64,000 nucleotides of DNA from Nymphaea colorata. Its lineage: Eukaryota. Location: NCBI RefSeq assembly GCF_008831285.2, contig NC_045138.2, forward strand, positions 34,038,001-34,102,000. The letters run 5' to 3'. Below, in pieces: positions 1 to 14,478 of the stretch (position 1 is its first letter; each line of letters begins with the position of its first letter). The notes beneath the pieces were generated by a model. That model was not told the origin of the DNA. It did not search any database and was given only the letters and a program-made list of their open reading frames with translations. The position numbers and the translations under genes were made by a program.

Positions 1-110
1 TCTTCATTGCTAACTGAAAGTCCCAAAAGGTACACTTCAATTGAATGATGAACTTTGAATTTTGGGATGGCAAATAGCAGAATGTGTTACAAAAAACAAA
101 GTTGATAGGT

Positions 111-2557
111 CTAGCTAATTTTTGCTAGAACATCATTGAGTGCAGCAACAGTCGCCTCATAGTATTTCTCTGCCTCTGGGGTGCTCTTTATCTTGGCTGC
201 ATGATCCAACTGACCAATCAACAGATAAGCAGATGTATCAGTAGAATTTAGGCTATAATATCACATATAATGCACTACATAGCCACTCTTTTAAGCTGCA
301 CAAAGGGCTCGTGATAGAATGAAATGTATGCTGTAACAAAGAAGCCAGTTAGCCACCGATAGTTAAGCTGTTAATCGTTTTCCTGCAAGCAAAGCCTAGG
401 AACAGGGTGTCTTCTTTAATCCCCATTCAAGCTCCTCATTTGCTGAGACAGATGTTGGGTTGGGGCTTGCCACAAATGAAATTATGATTTGCATATTTGC
501 AAGGATATTGTCTATGCCATGATAAGCTCTGTTCATTATACTAATCTTTGCTGCATAAACATTGAATGGAAGAAACTTGTTTAAGTAATGGAAAGTATCT
601 ACAAAATCTATTATCTATCAGAAGATTAAGAAGGGTCATCAACCTATTAAAATTCCATTATAGCTTCAAAATTATTGATATTCTAAACTAATTTCGAAAA
701 CACATATAGGATGAGAAGGGCCATGAACAGTATGACTATACAAACCCGCACCACAGCATCAAGATAAAAAGTTACAAACCAGAAAAAACAGAATTTTAGG
801 GAAAGCTACTGACCAACTGAAGCTGCTTAAACATCATACCTAGCTAATTATACGTATATACAGCACCTCACTACGGCATCTTTTCAAAGAAAGCTTTTGT
901 TAGGAGATGATACTGTAACTACAAGTAAAGGAAATTGGAACAGAAAGATGAGTTTACTTGGTCAATTGTTGCAAAGAGCTTTCCGGTGAGTTCTTTGAGG
1001 GACTTCTTCTCGTCCTTCGGCTTTGCAGAGATGATACTGTCGAGATCATAGCGGAGGTATGAGGCCTTGAGCCGGAGGTCATTCTTCACATAAAACCAGG
1101 CTTTCTTTTCGATCAAACTCTTGACTCCGACAATGTCCTTGGCTGATTCCTTTGCTCTCTTTGCAGCCTCTTCCGGAGAAAGTGGCTGGAGATAGAACCG
1201 GTTCTTGTAGGGCAACTTCAGGTCTCTTGGTTGGTCAGAGTTTAGGGTCCCAGCTGCATAATTGCAAAAGTGACGGTTAATTTTTCTTGCTTCAACGTAC
1301 TTTTGATTCATACCGTGTAGGAGAATTCTTCAGTCTCTCCTAGTAGTAGTTTCATCACTGATGAACTTATTTTTCAACGTTCATTTCTTGCACAAGATAC
1401 TTTCTTAGGTACCGTTTGTATTGGCATCGAAGGTGGATTATTTCGTACAAAGATGTGGGGAATGTGGCAGTATATGCTTGACTGAATCGGTGCAACTTTG
1501 TCTGTTCAGTTTTCAAATTAAACAAGAAGTTTCAGAATTGAAAGGGAATAGACGGAGTTTTAGAAAATACAAGAGATCAAGATTAAAATTGGTTCTGTAT
1601 TCATAGAGCCAAATATACTGGTGGTAACTGTCTTAAACCTGCAAAATTAAATAAATGTACTGGTTTAGAAGAATTAGTTGGTCTGAAAACTTAAATTGAA
1701 TATAAATATTAGAAATAATTTTCTGCAAACTACTAAGAATGAAGAATGATATCTTTACTATGAGGATGCTGCACTTTCTGAGCAATGCATTCACTACTTC
1801 ATGAGTTTGCTTTTTCGTGTAGTTTAAGATGATGCTTGCATGTTACAATAATCTGTGAAGTGCTTTTAGATTAATAGAAGAAATACGAGTCTCCAGGGGA
1901 AGGGATATACAGAGTCACGTGACTCTGGTTACATACGAAATCTTTTACATGGTAGGAAAGAAACATGAAACAAAATCCCGTCGATAATCAAGTTCAATTT
2001 CATGGCTTTTATAGCATTTTGAATAACCCATACGCTGAACGCCAGCCGATGCAAATGTTATAGGAGTGCGAGTGGATTTTATTGATGCACTTAACATTCC
2101 CATATGCAATGGCACTGGTAAAAAAACCGGAAAACGGCAAAGATAACACAAATGCAATTGCTAAATTCATGAATCGTTGTGCAGAAACAAAAAAGAAGAC
2201 CAACTGAGCATCTAGCATGCTAGGTGTCGAAAACTCACGCAATCCGCCGGAAGGTGGAGGAGGGGGTCCAATTTTGATGGTTTTCGCCTCGGCGAGGACG
2301 GACTCGACGAAAGACCCGGCAGCGACGCCAGCAGCAAGGAATCCCAGAACAGCCCGGCGGCTACTCTGAGCTGTGGCCTCTGACTCCAGTGGAGCCTGCT
2401 GAGCCCTGATCGGAACAAATGCCGACCGGCTTAAGGCCACCCTGCTGCTACCTTCTGCTCCCATCAGCCGGCTCGAACCGCTTAAATGTAGGCTTCCGTC
2501 GAGTACTGCTTGGGAGGCGCCACGTAGGCCAGCCATGGAAGCCAATGCGTGAGCCAT
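111..2557 (-). CDS. PSBQ: Photosystem II oxygen-evolving enhancer protein 3 (PsbQ), 3 exons: 2557-2239, 1253-958, 209-111; 237 aa
   Basis: Transit peptide with twin-Arg (SRRAVLG) and AxA-type site (VLAEA), [17 protein letters not shown] motif, RFYLQPL and [16 protein letters not shown] introns keep frame. Last exon reads [32 protein letters not shown]. Confidence 0.96.
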
Positions 2558-2681
2558 CTCCGCCGCTCCTCCTCTGTCTCACTCACTGACCTCCTCCGCT
2601 GATCCGCCGCGACAGTAGAAAGCTCCTCTCCTGCAATCTTTGTTTGTGTGACTGGAAGTGCTCAGGGCAGCGGGCAGCTGT

Positions 2682-2762
2682 CTTATCTACGCGTTAACAC
2701 TTTTTAGATAGGGCCCTAGCCATTGACGGGGAAACACGTAGACAATGAAAATAAACTATTGG
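2682..2762 (-). promoter_or_regulatory. Light-responsive promoter motifs upstream of PsbQ
   Basis: I-box GATAAG (2682-2687), ACGT/G-box-like TACGTG (2735-2740) and CCAAT (2758-2762), all on the minus strand within about 210 bp of the ATG. Confidence 0.45.
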
Positions 2763-5269
2763 ACCGACGAATGAGAACCATACGCTACTTTCACCCGCTG
2801 ATAGATTCACATCGGTTGCTGCCTCATGAATGGCAAACAGTATTCAATTTTCGGTGAAAAAGGTGGATGCTGAACTTTTCTTCTTTCTTCCACTAAGCAT
2901 TTTAATTGGAAAAAAAATTTACCAGCATTAATAAAAAAAAAGTTTTCAGAATTTTTTACAAGAAAAAAAGGAAAAAGTTATTTTCTTGTCATATTTTTGT
3001 AAAATATTTGATAAATTGTGCTTCAAAACTGAAGTTGTAAATGAGCCGAATCCAATGCAACCACGTACTTCAAGGTTGATTAAAAGAGGTTGTGTTTGAT
3101 AGCCTCCAGTATCATATCTAAGAACCACATGTAAACAACAATGCAAAACAAGTACCAGATAACAGGGTTTGGTCCCCGATTGCTGCTGTCTTTTTTATCA
3201 ACCATAGATGAAGTAAAGGGGCCGGAACGTAGGTGATCCCTTCACCAAGCCAATACCAGTCTGGCACCACGTGAGACACTGTATTCTCCCTTGACTGTTG
3301 AAGTAAAGTTTAGATGATTGGGGACAGACATGTGAATAGGCCAGACTCCAACAGTTCCACTCCTTATCAAGTTCGAACTAGATGAATCTAACTTAATCTG
3401 AGTGATTCTTGGCTTTGGAGTAAGATGTGGCATTAGTTATGGAATGCCAAGCTACCGTATGAATTTAGATGTGAACCAAAGACTGTTTTGATTTCAGCTA
3501 ACTTCTGTCTCCTTTTCTGTTCCTTAGTTTTCACTCGTCCAAAAAGGCAGGCATTACGAAAGCGTAAGCGCTCTTATCACTTTTCTGTTGCTTAGCACTC
3601 AGTACCATCCTTCATGATTGTTGGGGCTTTGTAATCTATCCATTCAATATTCCAAGGCTAGATCTACCAACCATATCCAGTTTTTTTTTTTTTTTTGGTC
3701 TAATCTGATAAGTTTTAGGTACAAAAAGGATATACAAATGAAATCTACAATGTCACTGAGAATTTGAGATATGTTTTGGTTTTTGTTGCTTATATACAGG
3801 ATGTAATACGTAGAATCTTTGTCAAAAGGAGCTCGATTCACGGGCTTCTACCACTAGAGTTTAAGTCAGCTCTGCCGCAAAAATAACGGCAGTAAATCTG
3901 TAGCACACCACCAGAGAAATTGATGTTTACAGCGCGAAATATGCGTTACTGTTCTCTTTTATCGTTAAGTTCAACAAAGGTTGAGAGTTCAATTGATCAT
4001 ATCTCTTAGTATGTTCATTAGTTGGTGAAAATCTGCTCCAGTGACACATGCAGGCATGTGGGTTCTGCCACCAATGCATGTAACAAACAAGATTGACATA
4101 GTTTAATATTCTTAGTAAGATTCTTTTATTATTTCCACAAGAAAGCAGTTTTTTTTACTGAAAGAGTGGTGTGGACAACCCAACGTCCGCTTGTCCTATT
4201 TGCAAGGAAATCTTAGGTTTGAGACATTTTTTCTTACTCAGTAAAACATGATTTACGGCCGGCATACCGGATTATATAATGGAGACCAAATCTCAATTCT
4301 GGTCAATCAAATTTGAGAACCAAGAATCAACTCTTAAGCCATCGCTGAATGGAGCGAGATGGAGGACAGTAACACAACTTGTTCAGAAATTCTTTTGAAT
4401 TCTATTCATAAAGAGGTGATTTGTATAGTTTATAGCCTAAAGATCCACCTCAAATACACATATGAGCCGACAGGTTTTTGAGGATTGGAAACATGATGGT
4501 CTTACTCTTACAGTTTTGAATATAATAAAAGCTTAGCAGCATGCCCAGATATATGAAACCAATCCAAGAGCTAATTTGTACCTATGAACCCTGGAGACCG
4601 CACATGTGGGGTTAAGTTTTTCTCAGAAATTGAGTTACAAAGTGTAATTACATATATGATATTATGCATTTATATTGCAATCCAACTCTGTTCTTTCCAA
4701 TCCTAGTGTGAGTCGGATATCAACAGTTTCAATGTTGAAGAAAAGGAAGAAATTAGTTGAGAGCAATTTTCAACATCGTTCTTAAACACTATAAAAATGC
4801 CTATTGAAATTCAAATTGTTAAACATGCACGCATCTATGTATCTCTTTCTCTCTCACATGCGTGTACACAACATAATGACAATCAATTATAGAGGCAAAT
4901 AAAAAAAAAAAAAAAAAACTCTTCACTAAATGTTTTACAGATATAACACAATGGGCATAACATAGCTTGTTAGGTTGGAAGTGCACGTAGCATGCTATCG
5001 TTAATTAATTCCTGTCAATTTCATGCCTTTGGGCTCTTAAAATGGCCAATGTGTTATCAAGGTGAAGGTGCAACTTAACCCTCTAGGCTCCGACACAGTT
5101 CTGGACCCAAGAGACAGAGAGAAAGGGAGCGGAACATTGACTCTCTTTTCAAAGCAATGGGTCGTAATCCTCTTAAAAGGAGCCAAACATCAACTCTCCT
5201 TTTAAAGCAATGGGTTGTAATCCTCTCTCACCCCAAAATGTTTTACAATAAACAAGAGAACCCACCATA

Positions 5270-5620
5270 GATGTTTAGATGTGGATGCTACTCGGTTACA
5301 ATTTGACTTGCCTTGTGCAAGTTTACAAAGTCTTTGTTATCAGAGGCAGCTGGTTGGAAAAGAAACAGACATTGAGAGCACGAACTTTCGTGCAGTCAAC
5401 TTATGTTTAAGACTCTTTCAACTCACAGCCAGCAATACAAGAAGGCAACTTAGTACAAGTTGGATATCCAGCCCAATCTGAATCGAATCACTTGGGCAGA
5501 ATAAGAATGTAGAATCCGATCGACAATTACATGCCGGAAAATGGGAAGGATAAGTAGGCTGATAGTTACAATTTTCTTGCAGGATACTTAAAAGCATGTA
5601 GAACATTGATCAGAGAGGCA
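5270..5620 (-). mobile_element. Highly degraded Ty1-copia RT/RNase H relic
   Basis: Minus-strand translation gives FDSDWAGYPT (copia RNase H DSDWAG motif) and a downstream SDNK resembling CDN; frames are broken. Confidence 0.4.
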
Positions 5621-6382
5621 TGATTTTCTGAATGGAAACAGTTCGATCTTGGGTCCAGGCTTCATTGATCTCGTCCAAACATGCTTGGACTTTTTACTAT
5701 AAAAGAATTCAATCCAGGATCTGAGTTTCATAGATGCGAAACGCGGGCATTTGCATGTTGTGGGGTCTGATCTTAGTTGATCTTCTGCACGGATAGGATT
5801 TCTTTAAAATTCATATACTTTCTCCCATTCTTTGAGCAATCTTACGTACAATATCTCTACACAACCTTATAGTTTTAAATTTTTCTCAAAAAAGTTTCAG
5901 AGTGTTTGGTGACACTGTTGTGGAGGGAAAATTATCGTTCGCTTCCAAAATGACATTTAAAGCGTGTTTAGGTGATAGTTCAAGCTTAGTTTTGACAAAA
6001 TAAGCTTGGAAATTCAAACGCCGGCCCAACTCAAAGACTTCGAGACCTTCTTTTTAAAGTTCCACTGAGTCTTTTTTATTTTCTAAAAAAACAAAAAACT
6101 TAATTCTTTTTTAAAAACTGGCTTTCAGTCTTACTTAGCATTTCAAATTAGTTTTTTAAGAGTTAAATTTAACGATTAAACTCTTTCGCTCCGAATGACG
6201 TCAATGCCTTTCGGAAGAAAAGTAATGAACTAAATAAAACGACATGCAAGCTTTAATTAGATAAACGACGGTAGGCTTATAAATTTAATTTACAATAAAA
6301 TAACATGAATTGGCTTATTTTGAAAGATTAAATGCTAGGAGTGAATTAAATCACGTTAAGATCTAAACTGATGATTTGAGAA

Positions 6383-6898
6383 TTTGAAACGGTTTAAAAA
6401 AATACATATTTCTAAAATAAATAGTCTAAACAAACTATATTTTTGTTTTAAAATATAATATAATTCTAATATATTATTTCTAAATTTAAGAGAACGTTAT
6501 TTTCTTAAAATATACGCTTTAAGAGCCCAATATTCTATAATCATAATAAATGCTTTCGAAAACAAAAGTTCTCCGTTGCTTTTTTAAATATAATCTCAAG
6601 CACTAAACTTTTACGAGGTACATCTCACAAATGAGGAGGGCACTACCGTCAATTTATTTCCCCACTGGGTAAATGTCTGCAAGCGCGCCCAGAGGGTGCG
6701 TTTTCAAATCATTTCAAATCTCTCTCTCTCACTGTTCAATCCGATCCCCGAGAACCGCAAGATTGGCCCGATTGAACATAGCGGGAGAAAAGAAAGACGA
6801 GAGCAGAGCAGATGAGAAGCTAAGGTTTCTTGGATCTAGACGCTCGGAGAAAAAGCTACGGGTTGGGCGTGCCCGTTGCTTCAGACCCACGTCAACGG
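6383..6898 (+). promoter_or_regulatory. Candidate cell-cycle promoter of the kinesin (MSA cores plus CHR-like sites)
   Basis: AACGG/CCGTT cores at 6388, 6573, 6873 and 6894; TTTGAA/TTCAAA at 6383, 6703 and 6713; GCGCGCCC at 6683. These fit MYB3R/DREAM-type control of a mitotic kinesin, but the motifs are short. Confidence 0.4.
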
Positions 6899-7759
6899 AG
6901 GAAGCCCCTGCAGGGGGGCTGAGTTGAACGAACGCCTTTCTTTTTGTGTTTGATAGAGAACTTTCTTTTATTTTTTTTTGTTTATTGGTGTCGTTTCTTG
7001 GCGAGATGTTATGCCGTAGTCGAGGTGAAATTAGATGTCATTTGGCGACGACAATAGCCGCCAGCCCCTGAGGAGCCCTTCCAGTGTAAGGTCTCAACCT
7101 GCATTTTTCTTTCGTTAGATTTTTTGGTACTTGGGTCTTGGTGTTCGCTTGCAGGTTGACCATTTTGTAGCTCACCTTGGCTTGATTGTAGGGTTAATTT
7201 TGTTTTCGAATCGCTGCTGTTGCTTTTGGATGATTTTTCTGCTCTTATGAATGATCGCTTGCTTGGAATCTCATGATCTTTATGGTGTTTGCTGGGTCTG
7301 ATTTCAATCAGCCTGTTGGGGGCCTGCTGTTGCTATTTGCTGGATGCGAAAATATAAGGGTTTCTTTTTGTGTTTCCAAAATGACGTTAATGTGGGAACC
7401 AAAAGTTGATTTGTTAGAAATGTTGCTATTCAAGTACTGAGCATGTGAAGAATCAGATTTTTCTATGTAGATCAATGAAGACATCCTTTCGCTCATGGGT
7501 ACGTTGAGCTTGTGGCCTAAATGTTCTGTAACATCGGATATTAATCTCTCGTGGGAGGAAGATATTCTGTGATTTAAAAAAGGCTCTTCTTTGTTGCTTG
7601 TGGGTCTCTGGCAGATTCCATCTAGTGTATCCTGATTTTTGATGTACGATTTTTTCCTTCTAATCTTTTTCTCTCTGAATTTTTAGGGGAAGGGACCATT
7701 TGAAGAAGTGCTTGAAATCTTCGGAGATTAGGCCGTGACACATTACGTTGACGGGGAGG

Positions 7760-10700
7760 ATGGGGGCCCCGACTATAAGGAGCCGACGAGTACTTTCTGA
7801 TGCAAATGCGAGTCAGGGACTGGGAGATTCAATGAGCAGCACTTCTTCAACCACTCAAGGTTTAGGCAATGATGTTACTGTGGATGGTGGAGTTGTTGAG
7901 TTTCGCAAGGAGTATGTGAATGCGCTTTTGAATGAGCGGATGAAAGGGAAAACAAAATTTGATTTTAAGGTAAGAAAGTTTATTACGTATTAGGAATTAC
8001 ATCCTTTTCCATCTGGACTTTGGATTTGATGGGATTCGAGAGAAAATATCTTTTATTTTCTTTCATTTTTTGGGTTTCAGGGGAAGTGTGAAATGATGAC
8101 AGAATATATAAAAAGGCTCCGCGCTTGCATCAAATGGTACCTTGAACAGGAGGAGCTCCATGATATGGAAAGAGAAAAATATGCTGAAACCTGTAAGTTT
8201 ATTTGAATTATCGATTTGGTTACAACATTCTGCTTTGAGGTCAACAGAATGCTACTGATATGGAATATGCATGCAGTTAAGAATGCCTGCTGAGCCAAAT
8301 GAATCATAGTCTTGAAGATTTCGTGTAAATCAATGTGTTTTAAAATGTCAATTTAAAATTTTTTCTTATGGGTTCATAGTTGGTGAGATGAACCAAAAGA
8401 TAGATGAGTTGACTCAAATGGTTGAAGAGCTGAGGAAGAACAATGCGGAGTTGCATGAAACATTTTTGAAGGAAGAAGCTGATAAACTGGTAGGTGTCTT
8501 TCATTTATGCAATTATTATGATGCTTACACATGCTAGCGTTCCATGGTAAGGCTCCGATGATGTTAACATCACTACGCTAATAAATTTTTAGGCTTCAGT
8601 TGAAGCCTACCAGAAGGAAGTACAAGCTAGAATTACTGTGGAAAAGTCATTGGCATCTATGTCTGAAGAACTTGAGAAATCACATAGACAATTAACAGAC
8701 GCCAACCAGCAGGTATTTTGCTGATTAAGTCAAGTGCTTCATCAACATATTGCTGATATCTCCCTTCTCTATTCTGTCAATCAGATTGCTGAACTTCATG
8801 ACATTAACAAAAGGGTACAAGAGTACAACTCTAGTTTGCAGCAGTACAATAGTAGACTCTGCAATGATGCTGCTAGTGCTTCTGCAACAATTGCGAGGAT
8901 GCAAAATGAGAAAGCTGCAGTTGTGGAAACCCTAAGTGGCATTAGGGCTCATTTGAGTTCAGTGCAGAACCAACTGGCTACTTGTAAAGTAAGTTAATTT
9001 CCTTTCTCCCACATTGTTGCCTTTGTGGCTTCAGTTCATTATTTCGTTATCTCTAACTTACCTGGTTCTGGTGTATTCCACGAATTATTTTAAAGGAACA
9101 TCCTTGAGGAAAGTTGATGCTCTGTCCTTGTTTGGTTTAACTTTTGCACTGACAGCTAAGTTGTGCTTTTATATGCTTAGAGTAGCTTAAGCTGTTTGAT
9201 TTTATATATTACTGCATGTCGTGTTACAAAGAAGGGGAAGGGTATTTTGGCTCTAGCCTGAAGTAGTTTATGGTGCAGAGCACGGATTGTTAAATTGTTC
9301 ATCATCTATATATGACTTATTTAATTTAGAGTGGAAGGACACTTGGCATTTTGGGTTATCAACACAATATTAAGCTATGATGGGAATGTTGGTTCTTTAT
9401 CTGCACAGTTCAGTTCATGAGCATATTATTAAGCTATGATAGAAAAGTTGGTTCTTTATATGCACAATTCAGTATATTGTTGAATACTCCTGGTTGATGA
9501 TGTGGTATTGCCATACTAGGAATGGTTTGTTTCTCATATATTTTTGAATGAATTCAGGCATGGCAAAAGAAAATGGTGCTGTTTTGACTATTAGCTTTCA
9601 TCCTTCTTAATGGGTAAAAATAGAACATGGAAAACAATTTGGGGTTAGAAAAGAAAATGAAATATGGAGCCATAAAATGCAATAACATTAATTCTCATCC
9701 TTCTTTGTTTGTGAGCTTCATTACTTCTGTATCTGCAGTTGTCCTCTGAACTGTTTGTTTACCTTGTGTTTGTGTACTTCTAAATACTCGGCAGCCACCA
9801 TGTTTGCCAAACATATAAATTTTAATCGTTAATCTATAACTTCTCTACTTTATTGAATCTTATGCTGTTCGTGTGATTGCATCATCCATACCTGTCCTGG
9901 TACTGCACGATGATATTTTCCCTTTTCTTGATCTTGTGCTTTGCTTCCCAAATTGTTGACCAGGATTCACTGCAAGAGGCCACAGATGCTCGAAATTTGG
10001 CAAAGGAGGAAGTAGGGCGGCTGACCATAGAGCTACAGCAAGTAAGGGAGGATAGGGATATGCAAAAGGCTAAAGTAAACATTTTGACTGCAGAGGTTGA
10101 AAAATATAAAGAATGTACAGGAAAATCGACTTCTGAGTTGGAAGGTTTGATGACAAAGACTAATTGCCTTGAGGTATGGTTTGTATTTCAACTTGTCCCT
10201 GAAGCTTACTTGGTTCTGTACTTCTGGCTATAGTTTTTCATATCTGCACTTTTTGATTTGTTAGGAGAGCCATGAATTTCAGATGGAGCGAGTAAGAATG
10301 CTTGAGCGACAACTTAAAGCTTGTCGTAAAGAAAAGCAGGTTAGTCATGCTTGTTTTTGTATTATCTTTTCAATCTACAAGTCTTTTCTACGCCCTATGT
10401 ATTTGAGACTTGGCACAGCCTTGAGGTTAAATTATCTGGAGACTTTCTTAGGTTAGTGTTATTTTTTTCTTTCTAGAATCTGACTTATGTCTTGGTTGAT
10501 GACTTACAATGAATTTCAAAAGCTAAAGTATTTTTTACTGGTCAACCTTGAATCAGTTTGCTGATTGTGGTTATATGTGGCATTCACAGTTTGAATGTTG
10601 GTAATCATTGACTTAGATTTCACTTAAGGATACATGCATGACACTTTTTTTGCTTTATTGCCCTCAAGAACTAACTTGGTTGCCACAAATCAAAATGCAG

Positions 10701-13164
10701 ATGCTAGAAATTTCAGTGTTGGAAATGGACAAGGAGTGTGAAAGTAAGAAAAAAACATTGCGAGAGCTTGAAGATACACTTGCAGAGAAAGAACTTCGTA
10801 TTTTTGAGGGAGAGTTGGTACGCAGAAAATTGCATAATACCATCCTGGTACTGAAAAACGTTTTTGAAGATTCAAAACTTTCAGTTTCTTCTTTGCTATT
10901 GCCATTTAATTTTTACTCATTATCTGTAGGAGTTGAAGGGAAATATACGAGTCTTTTGTAGGGTCCGACCTCTGTTGCCTGAAGATGACTGTGGAGTTGG
11001 TAGTGAAATGACTGCTGTAGGATATCCTTCATCAGCAGAGTTGCTTGGCCGTGGGATCGAACTCATCATAAATCCTGGTGATAATATCTTCATCATTTCA
11101 TTTTTCTGTAATAACAGCTAGTGCAATGTGAAGAATATAACTGGTATCATGATTCCAGATGACATTGACTTTACAGAATTGATAATGAAATATATGAACT
11201 TTGTATTTTGCTTGTTTATTTATCTACTTGCTAAAACACTCATGTTTCATCTGTCAGGGCAGAAACACTTGTTCAGTTTTGATAAAGTTTTCAACCATGA
11301 GACTTCTCAGGAGGATGTATTCATTGAGATTTCTCAGTTGGTTCAAAGTGCACTTGATGGTTATAAGGTAACTGCATACTTCATTTCACATTCCTTGTCA
11401 TTCACTAGGGAGATTTTCCTTTTTCAGGTTATGTCTTGTGGAATCACTATTGTATCAAATTTCTTGGCTACAAAGTGTAATTTTATACAAAACGGACTGG
11501 ATTGAACACTACTTTGTGAATATGCTTGTCGTAGTTGCACAGTGAGCCATTTTATTTGTAATATATGGATATATGTGGTTTGCACTTCTTGCATTCTGAT
11601 TACACTTTCTTCAATATTGTTTTTGTGTGTGGTTTGCCATGCTTTCTGTCTTTCTTCTTTCTTTCGATGGTCAATTATAATCGAGTACATAAAGTCACCT
11701 ATCAGTATCTGCTGGCAGGTATCCATCTTTGCTTATGGTCAGACAGGTTCTGGTAAAACTTATACAATGATGGGTGGGACAGACAATCTGGAACAGCAAG
11801 GGTTGATACCTCGATCCCTGGAGCAAGTATTTCAAACTAGTCAATCTCTTTCTTCACAGGGATGGACATTTAAAATGGAGGTGGAGCTGTCATTCTTGCT
11901 GCTGCTGCTGCTTTTTGTTTTATCAATGTTTCTACCATGCTAGATTTCCTCATTTCTTTGCTTATGGTCTTCCTCTTTTTGTTGATTTATTTTTCACCTG
12001 TCTCACAACTGCAGGCTTCTATGCTAGAGATATATAATGAAACAATAAGAGATCTGTTATGTCCTGCTCGTTCTGCTGGTTTTGAAACATCTCGACCAGA
12101 AAATGGTGTTGGGAAGCAATACTCAATCAAACATGATGGAAATGGGAATACATATGTGACTGACCTTACGATTGTAGAAGTTTGTAGCTTAGACGAAGTA
12201 TCCTCGCTTTTGCATCGGGCTGCACAAGGGAGGTAATATTGGAAACTTGGAACATATGTTGCTGTCTATTATGTGTTCGCATACTACATAGATTACATTT
12301 CCTTGGCCATATTCTTCTAAACTAGTTGCATACTTCGCACATTATGGTGTGTTAGGAAATAGATTCTTGGTTTGTAATGGTGTTCTACGTTGTCTTAGAT
12401 CTGTTGGCCGGACACAGATGAATGAGCAATCATCACGTAGCCATTGCGTTTTCACATTACGAATTTCTGGATCTAATGTGGTAAAAATTGTTTTCAGTTA
12501 TTGGTGCTTATTTGAGTATTCGTTGCATACTTCAAATTGAAGTATTAGATATTGTCTCTTGACAGAACACTGAACAGCAAGTGCGAGGAGTGCTTAACCT
12601 TATTGATCTTGCTGGCAGCGAGCGTCTCTCAAAGAGTGGTTCAACTGGGGAACGCTTAAAAGAAACTCAGGTTTTTTTCTTTCAGTTTCAAATTTTGAAC
12701 ACTGTTATGTCATTTTTCCTACGTGTATGTTCTCTAGACAAATGACTAAAGTTGTTTGACTGGAAATTTCTTTAGGCAATTAACAAAAGTCTGTCCTGCT
12801 TGGGTGATGTCATTCTGGCCATCGCGAACAAGGAATCTTATGTGCCTTTTAGAAACTCTAAGCTGACATACCTTTTGCAGGTGCAAAAAATTTCTTCCCT
12901 GATCTGTTTGGTGCATATTAGAGTTTTGCTATTTTTTTTTTCTTCTTTGCTGTTTCTGAATTTTAACTGTTTACCGGTTCATAGCCTTGTCTTGGGGGTG
13001 ATTCAAAGACATTGATGTTTGTCAACATTTCTCCTACTCCTTCCTCGGTGAATGAGTCATTATGCTCATTGCGTTTTGCTGCAAAAGTAAATTCTTGTGA
13101 GATTGGGGTTGCTCGCCGTCAGACACACATTCGCCCATCTGATGCACGTTTAAGCTATGGTTGA
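7760..13164 (+). CDS. ATK1: Kinesin-14 with C-terminal motor (ATK1/ATK5, KIN14C/D type), 16 coding exons, about 765 aa
   Basis: Exons 7760-7969, 8081-8192, 8380-8489, 8593-8712, 8785-8988, 9964-10173, 10265-10339, 10701-10847, 10930-11077, 11258-11367, 11719-11880, 12015-12232, 12399-12480, 12566-12670, 12776-12880 and 12985-13164 join in frame. Coiled coil, neck [15 protein letters not shown]-loop GQTGSGKT, switch I SSRSH, switch [10 protein letters not shown]-terminus DARLSYG*. The start codon is uncertain (see findings). Confidence 0.93.
9368..9473 (+). repeat. Imperfect tandem duplication (about 58-bp period) in a kinesin intron
   Basis: tattaagctatgat...gttggttctttat.tgcaca.ttcagt occurs twice. 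Confidence 0.7.
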
Positions 13165-14297
13165 AAAGGTACATTGATTTGGGAGCTGTTTTGCTATTCT
13201 AATTGGGTACATTGCCTCGGAGTGCTCTTTTGCTCCATAGTCATTTGCAATTTGAGTTAAGCAAGAAATGGTGGCTGTTTCTTAATGTCTAAATGCATTG
13301 TGCAATTTTAGTTTGACTATTTGACTTGAGGAATGTATTTGTTCATCACATACTTGTCAGATGATACTATTTCAGAATGGAAATATTATCAATCAAACCA
13401 TCAAGCAATTGCAGAACAGTTTATGCTTTCATATTTCATATCAGTATCTTTATCTCGCTACACAAATTATCCTATATACATATTGGGACGATGTACTACA
13501 CTGGAGTCATTTTTGTATTATTTAGTTAAATTCCTTGGCCTGCCTTAGACATACAATTGTTCCACACACACACACATACAAAATGAATATGAGCATGTCA
13601 AGTATATATTTTAGAGATAAAAGTTTATACTATTTACTGAATTCTTTGTTTCCAAAACGCTCGGTAGGTGACTTCTGTGGGCAGTGCTTTTCACCTTCTG
13701 GATCCAAGTGTAACTAAAGAACTTATGTTGATGTGGCGTATAGGCCTTATAGGGTCTATCTTTTAATCAAATTTTTGTTTTAGTTCCTATATATATTCTT
13801 GCTTCTTGAGTAGTCGGACAATTTTTTCTTTGAGACATCGTTTGTCTAATGAGTGTGCACTTGTCTAAGGTGACTGTAAATTCTGACAGTATGTATGTAC
13901 ATTTTTCAGCTAACGGTGCTAAACTTTCTCAACGAGCAGGATTAATTTTGCCGTCTAGGTAAACATTTGATGCTGTATGGATGTCATCTGATCAATCTGA
14001 GGAGAAAAGTGCTTTCTCCCATGGTGTTGTTTGCAATAATGGTGGTCCACCTACTACGACAGCAGAATAATGCACCTGAAGCTTTGAAGGTTTTCGCTTC
14101 TGTAGTTTTCCACTGGTGTGGCCGTATAGTTGCTACAGTGTTGTATAGGTGTATCTAACACTTTCTATTGTAACATTATTGTGAAAAGAAATGCATGCAA
14201 TCCATTTAGGTAATCTTCCAGTGCACTTCCCCGTCCACCGTTGACCAAATCTCATTGCTTTGTAAGGCAAAGCTGTATTATAACGATATCCTTTCTC

Positions 14298-14478
14298 AAA
14301 GTTCCAGGAGTTGTCGATACAATTGTGTTTTTGGTACGTTTCTTGTGGCAATTCCTTGATATCGTAAAGCTTCTGAAAGTTCCAAGAGCTGTCGATTCAA
14401 TTGTGTTTCTGGTATCGTGGCAATGTCTTGATTTCTTGAAGCATTGATTAATGTCTTGATTTCTTGGAGCATTGATTA
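14298..14478 (+). repeat. Nested short direct duplications between the kinesin and PNSL3 3' ends
   Basis: aaagttcca.gag.tgtcgat.caattgtgttt twice, and aatgtcttgatttcttg.agcattgatt twice. Confidence 0.65.

Noticed and set aside
5655..5666. 12-nt match to miR166 (CCAGGCTTCATT)
   Set aside because: Both ends mismatch and no star arm is visible.
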